Assembly: GCA_037447605.1 (NCBI GenBank)
Contig: CM074809.1
Span: forward strand, 1,850,689-1,914,688
Direction: 5' to 3'
Length of the DNA: 64,000 bases
Origin: Zygnema circumcarinatum SAG 698-1b
Taxonomy: Eukaryota > Plantae > Zygnematophyceae
The notes under the pieces are model-generated. The model searched no databases, was not told the DNA's origin, and saw only the letters and a program-made list of their open reading frames with translations. Positions within the stretch are counted from its first letter, which is position 1. Every line of letters starts with the position of its first letter. Made by a program: the position numbers and the translations under genes. Positions 1-10,300 of the stretch are shown piece after piece.

Positions 1-975
1 CGAAGATCCTTCTGCTCGAACAGCCAAATTTGAATCCGTGCTTTCTGTTCACACCATTGCATTTCTCCGCTACCAGTAAGGAGTGAAATTGACCACTGCA
101 AATCTGTAACGCACAAAATATGCGGCTAGAGGAGTATGTAGGGCTAATGTAAACCACTCATAAAAACAAGAGCGTATATGAGAGCAGAATTAAGTAGACT
201 TAAATCGCTCCCGACCAATAAACCCCCCTCCAAAATGAGTTTAAATGAAGAATAATCAGAAAAACGTTGATAGCATATAAGAAAGCGTTAATAATGAGAT
301 TCAACATCACCACTGTAATCGTACACTCTAATTACAGCCACTGCATGAAGTCCAGTGAAAACCGACAAACAGTCGGCATTGCTATGCCCCACTGAACCCT
401 AAAAACCCTACAAGCCCCGCTTTTCCGCTACCCGCGAAGAGTAAAACTCTCGACGACACAAAAAAGGGAAACTGGAATTCCAGTACCTATTGAACAACAA
501 GAAAAAGGGGCACCACCTGGAGCATTGCAAGGGCTAGTAATTTAAGGGACAATAACTAAACGTGTTGCCCAAGATTACAGTACCCAGAAATGATCAGGGG
601 AAGGCACTTACACTTTGCAGAAATCGAAAAATGAGATTCTGCAAAAGCAAGAAACCACCAATTCGAAAAATAAAATCAGAAAAAGGTATCACTCAACAAA
701 TTAAGAAAACAGTTGGCGGCACATGTACCAAGCCACCCCCCTACAAACCTCGTTGCAGAACAAAACATCTCTCTCTACATTGCAGACAATTTCCTCACAA
801 CTGCAGCACGACGATTCACTGACAATGCTACACCTTCCATAAATGCTTTCAAAACCCTTACGAAATCGCCTGCTTGTGCCATTTCAATTCGCATAAGGAA
901 AAGTCTCCGCATGGACATGGAGCAGGTACTCACAATAGGCTGTGTCATAATCCGCTGAACCTTGGTGGTCGCCAT
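1..975 (-). CDS. SmE: Small nuclear ribonucleoprotein E (Sm core protein), 5' part; gene continues beyond the window start
   Basis: Exons 934-975 (MATTKVQRIMTQPI), 612-638 (NLIFRFLQS) and 1-44 (KARIQIWLFEQKDLR) are joined by GT-AG introns in phase 0. This matches the plant SmE N-terminus as I recall it. A telo-box-like AACCCTAA lies in the 5' UTR (~1010). Confidence 0.96.
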
Positions 976-2159
976 GGCTGCTCGTTGCGGTGCTCCTACC
1001 CGCCTGCTCAACCCTAATCAGCAAAGCCTACGTCCTCCCCCTTCCGCCTCTCCGGGCTGCACTGCCGAATTGTGGCGCGACGTATCGTATCGTATCTGTA
1101 ATATCGTATCACTGAAATTACGTTGTCTGAAATATCGCGTTCTATATCGTAGCCAATACTTGTCCGATCATATCGGTGAAATAGTACAGCAGCCGCTCGA
1201 TGTCCATGCCGCAGTTGCACGGTTTGTTTCAGCGCATGGACATCGAGCAGCCAATTGCGGACTGCCACGTCATCACCTTTACACACATGGCATACAGTGA
1301 TTGGTTCTTGTTGAACAGGCTAAAACCTTGGAAGGGCGAAGCGAGTCTCCCTGAGCCCCTCCCTGGACCCTCCCGTGGAGCCGCGACTGAAGGAATACGG
1401 GACGGTATATGGGCGAGAGGGACAACCTCTGTTACCCATTCTGCGGCGCTGCTGGAGGAAGAGGGGAGGGAGGCGCGCGGCGGATGGGGTGAGCAGCGCA
1501 TGCTGTGCGCCATGCATTCTGGAGATTGATGTGCCTGTGTGGATGTATGTGTAGGTTGCGGGATTGACGGCGGCCGACATTGATTGGCGCTATCTTTTGC
1601 TGATAATTTGCATCCCTTGCATCGCAAGACTCGTGCATGTCTATGTTTGGAAGCAGCAATGCTGCTGCAGGTCTTGGGCTTCAATTTGAGCGTCCTGTTT
1701 TGTCTCGGCTGTCAAGTTTCCTGAGATTGATGGATGAGTGATCAGAAATAACCTACGTTTGTTTTTTGTTTGGGATTTTTTATCTGACGTGTCCAGTTGC
1801 TGCGGAGGGTTGAGTTGGAAGGTCTTTTCATAGTGTAACAACTCTTTGATTTCTGGTTGTTAAGTAGTGGAAGTTGAACTTCGTTTATGCACTTCAATTT
1901 GTTGGCCCTTCGTGTGCGCTTCACTTTCGTTTTCGTGTTTTTTTATAATCTACGAGGTTACTGAAGTCTTCCTAGTTCCTTTAGAAAAACTATGAAAAAC
2001 TGCTGCTTGTTTGCACGTGATAACACGATTGACGACACGGCATGACATGATAACACGAATACACGACTCAGCCCTAACCCAGTAATACGTTTTCGTTCAT
2101 CTTTGTTGGATGATTTTGCTTTTTTGACAAGTATTGCCCGCTTGTTACTGTGAATATGT

Positions 2160-2254
2160 AAGGGGCCTGTGATGACATTGCAAAAATAACACCATCTTTC
2201 GGATCCGAGCAGCTAAAGCTAGCCGAGACGATGTACGCAAAATCTGATGCCCTT
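2160..2254 (+). ncRNA. snR39B: Box C/D snoRNA, snR39B/SNORD2-like (guide for the 25S Gm805-equivalent)
   Basis: C box GTGATGA 2169-2175, D' CCGA 2205-2208, D box CTGA 2244-2247, terminal stem AAGGG/CCCTT. The guide CACCATCTTTCGG is the exact reverse complement of conserved 25S rRNA CCGAAAGAUGGUG. The D'+5 rule targets the G of CCG. Confidence 0.8.
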
Positions 2255-2500
2255 GTTTCTACCATTGCGTTTTAATATGCGGTGAACGAGATCCGTATCA
2301 AGGATAGCAATTACTGAGCTTATGTTAAGCTCTTAACGTGCGCTGTCTTATTATCTGTGGTTCTCTGTCACCGCGTGGTCGGGTTGATTATCGACGCAGT
2401 GCTCGTTTCATTAGTCCATCTCCTTTGACTGATCCCATCACTGTCAAGTCATGTTTCAGACAGCTATGAGGTCTAATTTCATCTGATACTTCTTGGACTA

Positions 2501-2595
2501 TGGCCACATGATTATACGCTTCAAAAAACACCATCTTTCGGATCCGAGTTTGCTTTTTGCTGGCAGTGACGATCGCTGAGCTTATTATGATGGCC
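2501..2595 (+). ncRNA. snR39B: Second box C/D snoRNA paralog with the same snR39B-type guide
   Basis: Same ACACCATCTTTCGGATCCGAG block (~2528-2548). Variant C box ATGATTA, C' GTGACGA, D box CTGA or ATGA, terminal stem GGCCA/TGGCC. Confidence 0.65.
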
Positions 2596-3696
2596 TATTT
2601 CCATTGACTTATCTGTTCGTGTTCACTCATTTGGATTCGGCCTGTCATCGTCCTGGGCTTTTTTCTTTTTGTTGTACATCCATTGCATGGTATTTGCACA
2701 GCTTTTCAAACTTTCACCTGAATTGGGGGATTTTTATTAGGCTTCTAGTCAATCTGGACAAAAAGCGGAAGCAGCGAGTTTTTACTGTGAGCTGTTCTCT
2801 CGTCAGTTCCAGAGAGAGGAGAGAGCGCTGTTTTGAGTGGTGAGCTGCGGGATGCTTCGGCTAACACTGACCGTCGGTTCAATCCACAGCGCAACATGAG
2901 TCCTCTTACCACTGTCAAGGTGTATTGAGGCGTTTGTGGGCCTTGCCATACTCGTTCACTTGCTTGTATCAGCTTTGGAGCGTGAAACTAATTTCTGGAT
3001 GGTTCTTTTCAGGGTTACGATTTGGCCATTGGAACCTCCCTTTGAGCAAACTTCATGACTAAAGGGTGAGCTCCTGGAATCTTCTGTCCAACTTTAAGAG
3101 AAGGCAGTGTTGTATTCGTTATCATGTTGTCGGTCTATCATAATCTCAAATGTCTATATTGCCGTGTCTATGTTCCTCTATGGTGGTCCAGCAGCGTCAT
3201 TGATAAGTGTTTGGAAAGGGGAACCCAGGGCGACTCAAAGATGAATTTAAATTACTGCGTTATCTTCCTGAAAGGCTTCCAAAGCCTATTTATCTGTTGA
3301 TGAAGCATATCTCTGAGAGTCGCTTACGGAATCTTTGATGTTATTTCCATCTTCTGCTTGTTTGGTCGCACCTGTCACTCTGAGCAGGCAGGTGCAATGC
3401 GTTGTCTTTATTTCCAACCTTTTCAAAACCTTTAGGCCTGCAGCTTCAGGCGCGTAGGCATTGTATTTTTCTAAAACGCAATGTGTGCATGTTTTATTTG
3501 TATTTCATGTTGTCGAGGTTTGTGTACTCAGGGTTTTCGTAATTCCACTTCTTGTTAATTCGCTTCAGCTCAGATGTGGCTAGCCATTGTTGGATTGTTC
3601 GTCACATGTTAATTGGAATGCTTTCAGAAGCTGACTGTTGCATCTGGACATTCCTGCTCATTCACTCTCATGGATGAATGTTGATGATGGTCGGTA

Positions 3697-5873
3697 ATGA
3701 TGCAGTCTGCTTCATCAACCATGAACGGGTTAAACGATGAACTTCTTGCGCTAGTACTGGAGAGGGTTGCGAGCCAGCATCGACGAGCCTGCGCTCAAGT
3801 GAATCGTCAATGGCTTCGTATAGAAGGCCTTACTCGGCGCCATGCACGGATACTTTCCCCTGAGCTGGCTGTCCGGGTCATGCATCGCTATCCCTCTATA
3901 ACTTCTCTCGAAGGTCGGCAAGGATTGAGGGATGCGGATCTGGCGACTATGGCGAGGTCTGTGCCCTTCAACCGCATGAATATTGCATCTCTTTCCGGGG
4001 GCTTGGAATGCTGATGTCAAGGAAAATTGCGCTACCTGTTCCGTAAGTGAAGTAGCCATCATACAAGGCAAACTGTCTGGTTACGCTTATCCCAGGATGT
4101 GACAGGGTACCTGCTGCTGTCCAGGCATTGCCGGGGTCTTAAGGTTCTGAACGTGGCCCTCCCGCGGCCTCGGCTGGCTGCGGACGATGACTGTTATGCG
4201 TCAGCGGATGCTGGTGACGAGTATGATGTGATCACAGACGAGGGCCTCATAGCTGTGGCTCGTTCTTGCCCAAACTTGCAGAAGCTGGAGCTGCGGTGGC
4301 GGCTTGCCATTGGAGATCCGGGCATAGTCGCAGCTGTGGAAGGCTGTCGCCTTCTTGAACATGTAGATTTGTCCTTCTGCAAGGGCATCACTGATGAGAG
4401 CTTAGCGGCCTTGTCTCATCTGGCCTTCCTTAAGATTCTCCTTCTGAGAGGATGTTGGCAACTTGGGGACAAAGGTTTGGAGTCTTTGGCCACTGGAGTT
4501 TCTGGGCAATCCTTGTCGAATCTTTCGCTTCGAGATTGTGAGCAGCTCTCAGGTAAACTAGTAATCAATGTCTACGTTTGTACCCTCAGATTTATCCAGT
4601 GAGACAGCATTTGCATCTTTTGAAGTGAGTTGTTCTGGATTAAGAACAAACGACTTCAAAAGGTTCTTGATTAGTGCCAAGTGTTGAGTGTTGTCGCATC
4701 TATTGTTCTTGTTGGCCGCATGCCTTTGGACTGTACTCATGATTAAAGAAATAGAGTGCTTTATATTATGACCGGCCTTGGCTCCTATCAGTAGCATTTA
4801 CTAAATGTTTAAATGTTGTTAAGAATCCATTTCCGCTTAAGTGTGGCGCTTATTTAGTGTGTGAATCTGTATGAAGCAGCAGAATCTTCAACAGAGAAGA
4901 AATGGCGTTTGTTCATTAAATCTTGACTTCAATGTGCTCTCCCCAGGTTGTATGGACTTGTATGGCTTTTTTTAATTGCTAAGTCAGTACTTCTAAACCT
5001 ACACATGTTGTTTCACATCGACTGTGCAGATTCCGCTTTGCAGAAGCTGCAGAGTTGTCCTGTCCTCCATTCCCTCAACTTGGCAGACTGTGGATCCCGA
5101 ATTACAGATGGAGGCCTGATGGCGTTGGGTTCAATGTCGTCCCTCATGGTACACATCTTTCCACGCCATTTTGTTAGCTCATTATCTTGGTCAATGAGCT
5201 TTTTCTTGCTTGCTTTGTACCTTCGTGATGTTCGCTTGCCATCTCTGTTTTTGCTCACTTTTGCATCACATGTGAATGTCAGTGTTGGCATCTGTGAACG
5301 CAGACCCCACTTGCTGTTTGGTTTATCTCATTGTGTAGCTCCATCCCCGTAGTCTTGGAATGTTGACACGTTTCACTTTAATTGTGACAGTGTCTCGACC
5401 TTAGCTGGGCACCCAACTTGACCGACCATACGCTAACTGCCTTGGCTGATGGATGCCATGACTTGCGAGTCCTGGTATTGACCGGATGTGAGTTTGTGAC
5501 GGACGTGGGAGTGGCGGCACTCAGCCGATGTAAAGCATTGGAGGTAGGGTGAAGAGCATGATGTGCAGATGAAGAAGTCTAATTCCGAAGCTTGTATGCC
5601 ATTTTTTCATTGTGGCGAAAGCCTGCAAATAGGACTTGACACCTTCTGTGTGCTAATCTCAGCCAATTCTGAGTCATCGATTGTCTCATTCTTGTCTGAC
5701 AGATCCTGGACCTGAGCCAGTGCCCAGGCGTATGCGGCTCTGACATTGAGGTGCTAGCTGCCGGATGCGGTCAACTGCAGCAACTTGCTCTCAGCTACGG
5801 TCTTCGCAATTGGATGTCCAAGGGCCTCCTGGAGAGTCTGTGCCGCAGGCATTGTCACGTGCGGTGGAGCTAG
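3697..5873 (+). CDS. F-box/leucine-rich-repeat protein (FBXL/AMN1-type LRRs)
   Basis: F-box-like start (LNDELLALVLERV...ACAQVNRQWLRIE) followed by Cys-containing LRRs (CPNLQKLELRW, LEHVDLSFCKGITDESL, LDLSWAPNLTD, ILDLSQCPGV). Approximate exons 3697-3956, 4126-4552, 5031-5147, ~5388-5543, 5704-5873; stop TAG 5871-5873. Confidence 0.88.
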
Positions 5874-7373
5874 TGTCTGTCTGGCGGGATGCCATATCAG
5901 ATGCTTCGCTTGCCGCAGGAGATATCCCGCCAGCTGCAGGCGGGCTTGTACAGCTGCTCGTTGCTCTTAGGAACTCCGTTGCCGCAGAATATCCCCGCCT
6001 ATTGGCGGGCTTGTACAGCTGTTCGTGTTGGCTCTAAGTAATCTGGTTTATGGAAGATACATGTTGTTCGCAAATTGCCTTTGAAAACCATTTGCAAGTG
6101 AATGGCCCTTACAAGGCATCGGGGACCTTTTCTATATGCGCACGATGGAAATGGGAAGTGGTTTGAGGTGTGTGGAATTGCGTAGGACAAAGCCCAATCC
6201 TTCACGAACGCCAAAGGAATGAAACAGTTAGCTTGGCGCATCGATCAGCCAAATGCTGGCTTCTATGGATGGTGCTTTCCAGTACATCGTAATTCAAGGG
6301 CAGGCACATAAAGCGTTTTGTCCAACTGGAGGATGCTTGAGAAGGGTACCTTGAACTGATTTCCATCCGGAAGGGTCTCGAATGAAAGAGTTGCTTAAGA
6401 AAGGAGAGTGCGGCAGAGAACCGCAGAGGAAGGACGGGAGTTTGATGGGAGAGTGAGGACTTGGCCAGCCCTCAGACCATGCACTGCTGGAACTGCGGCC
6501 AACTCTGGAACACAAACGCGACACTTAGCCTCCATACCTACCTTTCTTTCCCAGTGTTCTACGTGTAGCTGCGGACCAAGAATGATTGAATTTACTTTGA
6601 TTTCAAAGTGTGCCAAGTTCTGAGCCTTCTATACGTCATTTCCTTTCCAACCATGCATCTCATAATTCGCCTTCAATTCCATGCGATCCCCCCAACAACA
6701 CCATGCGCCCCTACAACAATGCTCCAAAAGTTGCGTGCAGTCCTGTTGAGAGTCACGGCCGAAGTGGGGGCTCAACGCAGGCCAACTCGGAAACGCCGAT
6801 AATTCCTTGCCGCTAAAAAATGCGCGGGAGAATTTTCCTCGCCATTCTTTGATGTGAGGGATTCTTGGGCATGTATTCCGTGATGCAGCAGAAGCAGCCA
6901 AGCTTTTACATAATGCCGCCGACAGCTATCCATGCTCGCATGCGTGCCCCGTCTACAGTTCTATGTACCCACTAAGGAACGGCCTACAACAGAGGGAGGC
7001 CCAACGCACATTACCGCTGGCATGGTAGTGTGCGCCGACTTCCAGCATCCCCTAATCAGACCTTTACTATGACGGACTGAGATCTCTGTCTAAAAAGCGG
7101 AGATGTATTGTACTTGCCCATGTTTAACCCCATGGAAGGCTACATATATAAATAAAAGGCATCTGCGTAAATTCTAGTCGTAACGGCGATCCAAGCTCCA
7201 CAAAACAATGCGGAACGGTAGACTACTACCGCGGACTCTGATCCACCGACAAACTCAAGGCATCTTCATAGCACATACAGTACTAATAACTGCTTTGTGA
7301 TAGGTTTTGCTGATAAACTAACACCTACAGGTCTTGAAAAACGGGATCTGCAAGGACCATGTAAATCCATACA

Positions 7374-10300
7374 CTACCTTTTGGCGCCCCGCGTTGTCCT
7401 CAGAGGAGCTCCTCGCGACTGGCCAGCCCCTCTCCTCCCTCTCCTCCCTCTCCCCCCTCTCTCTGACCGCGCATCGGCGGCAACAGAGAGGTCCCCACTA
7501 TGCCTCACAAGCTTTCTGTTGACCACCCTCTCGAACCACCAGTCCTCCTCCAAGCTGCCGTCCTCTGCAGGAGCATCCTCTGCATCCGAGCCGTCACCTC
7601 CACCCGCTGTCGATCGAGAGGACCGACCAAAGATGCTGCTGCGCCCCTCCCACCTTGAAACTGTACCATGAATTTCCAGACCACTTACAAATACAGCAAT
7701 TGTAAAAAAAAATGGAAATGCAAGATCTAGAGTAGTTCGAATAGCAGTCATGAAGAAATGCTATCACTGTTAAATTCGCAAAAGAAAAAATGTGTCCCTG
7801 TAGTAATGGAAAGATGCAAGAGACGTCGATTTGCAGAGCAAATATTGTGTCACGGGGGAGAACTGGATGAGACACCTTCAACGAGAGGAACTTATCTCCT
7901 GATTTTGACACAAGAAGTGACCTTTGCAGTTTTACTTTTATCCCTCAATACGTACGTATGTACACCAGAAGTGGAAGACTTTCCAAATTCATCGCTAAAT
8001 ATGGTAATACTCTTTAGGGTGTCAATGTTCAACCAATACCTACATGACTACTTTGAAAGTACATCTTGAAAAGTTCTTTATCACGAAAGTGCGTACTCTC
8101 TCCATCGATCACCGGTGTAGACCTCCAGTGCATCCTACATGTGAATTGGTTCACCTACAGCTAGATGATGGTGCATAATCACCGCGGTTGACCTTCACCA
8201 ATCATTGCGAAATGCCTCTCAAGCAGCTGTAACCAACAATTTAACTCCACAAACTTATTGCAACTTACCCATTTGCGCGTCTCGTGGCCCTCGGCCCTGC
8301 TCCCCTGCGCAGCACTCCCCCTCTCCTCCCCCGCCCTCCTCGTCCCATCCTCCCATTCACTCCCACAGGTGGACTTCTTGAGAGCCCTCGCAGCCCTCCC
8401 CCGCCTTCTTCACTCTGAAACCACCATTCCTCCTGCAACGAGCTTTCCTCCTCCGGAGTCTCCTCCAGGACTCTGAGCTCCGTGTCTTCTCTCTCGGCTG
8501 CCAACTGCGAAGGGCTAATTCGCCCATTGTCTTCCAGGAGACAGCTATCAGTTGCTTCAAGAAGGTCCTCTGGAATATCTTTACAGTATTGGCCCAGCAT
8601 GGTCGTCTCATCAGAAAATCCGGTAGGAGCAGCCACTTTTGGGGCTCCGATAGCCTCCCACACTGCATAATCCTGTTCGCAGCCCCACCGAGAAGAAACA
8701 CCATTTTTCCCTTTAGGGTCTCAACCCACCCTTATAGCAAAGTAAAAAGAAGGGGAGGAGAGAAGGACAAGTGGTGCCACATACTATGTATACACCCCGA
8801 TCACTAGTTCAAAGTAGCCTTCATATAAAAAGCAAGCATCAATGCAATTCAAGAAACATGTCCAGAACCCATCATGCCGTAGTTCTTTAAAGCCCTTAAC
8901 TCTGAAATGCCTTCATATCCTCATAAGAAACAGAACTGCAAAATGAGTATGTAGGGCCTCTCTCATCCACTGTGAGTTCTCACATCGCCTGAGCAGCTGA
9001 GCCGCCACGTGTCAGCCTCTGGTAGCAAGCTTCCCATTTCAAATCGTGGTCCGATCTTGACTAGGACTCGCCCCTCCACTTTGGCCACATACATGTCGCT
9101 CTCAGCGCACAATATCTCAAGATCACTCGCCGCATGGAGCCCGTTCCTCTTCCGAACCTGCACAGAGCACATCCACGCCTCAGGCTCGGAGCGACACTCG
9201 GGTCTCATTCAGACCATTTCGCAGGAGAAAGCAAGGATGGGTCGCTCAGAATTGATAGTACACCCTCAAATGACAAGGGTAGGGGACGATGTATGAAGGA
9301 AGGGGATGCAAATGGTGGATAAGGTAATCAATCTAGGATGATAAGCACATGCGTCCTGGAAGGAGACATAAGACAAGAAAGGGATCTATGTTATATGATT
9401 ACGCCAACTATCAGTGCGATTTTGACGCCAAGAAGAATATAGGACGTCCAATCTTTCACTTCTCATCAACAGAAATTACCAATAGAATGTTCGTCCTCAG
9501 TCTCTCAGTCTTGAATGAAAAATGCCATCAAAGACAAACATTGCAAGCAGCAAAACAGGTTTCCAAAACATGCAGTTAAACTGAACAGGGTCCTCGTCAA
9601 TGGTTGCAATTCCCGTTCGTGATTTGATGACTTCACTCAACAATCCACCTCAGCTAGCATGTGCGACTAATTCACCTTCAGCCAATTGCACTTCTTTCAG
9701 CCCTCCACACCCCAATGAGCACATATGAATGTATGACTGACTGCTGACCTCAATGAGAGTGGATATCTCCTCCTTCAGGCCCCACTCAAAAAAGTGGTCG
9801 TAGAAAACACAGGGAATGCCGGGATGCGTGAGGATGTAAGCATAGCCCTGCATCACTTTGTCTCCCGGAAATGGCCAATGCTGCTGCGTTGATCCTGTAT
9901 CGTGATTTTCCAAAAATGTGGTGGCGCGCTCCGGATACCATCCTGCTCGCCGAGAGAGACCAAAATGCCACTGAAATTAAGCATCGTTCAAACGGCTGAC
10001 CCAAAAAACATAGACCACGTAACCTCACTCATTTCTACCTTCCCACCGAAAAATCGAGAATGCTACTTCTTGATCCTCGTCATATAACCGATAACAACAA
10101 ACAAGCAAAAACCAACAAACCCAACAAGAACCAACAACAAGCAACAAAACTCAACAAGCACAAAACTCATGGAAGAAGCAGAAGTGCAGCAGCTCACCGA
10201 TAAGTCCGGATGCTCTCCCTTCCGGATCACGCAGCCGCCATAGTTCTGTGTGTTGAAGTGCGTGCTGCAAAATCCCTTTGGTCGTGAAGTCAAACGCAGA

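Noticed and set aside
1320-1720. Coding-looking fragments (EPRLKEYGTVYGREGQPLLPILRRCW; DIDWRYLLLIICIP) downstream of the SmE promoter
   Set aside because: Frames are interrupted by stops, with no consistent splice path or recognisable homology. It could be UTR or a pseudogene but I cannot support a call.
2860-2895. GGTTCAATCC resembling a tRNA T-loop
   Set aside because: No acceptor stem, D arm or anticodon arm can be folded around it.
6395-7110. LysM-like fragments (SVIVK at ~7070-7090; ELAAV...LRAGQVLTLP at ~6440-6520) that might extend the amylase
   Set aside because: I found no exon supplying the GDTLxxIA core and no convincing in-frame splice path. Left unresolved; RNA-seq junctions would decide.
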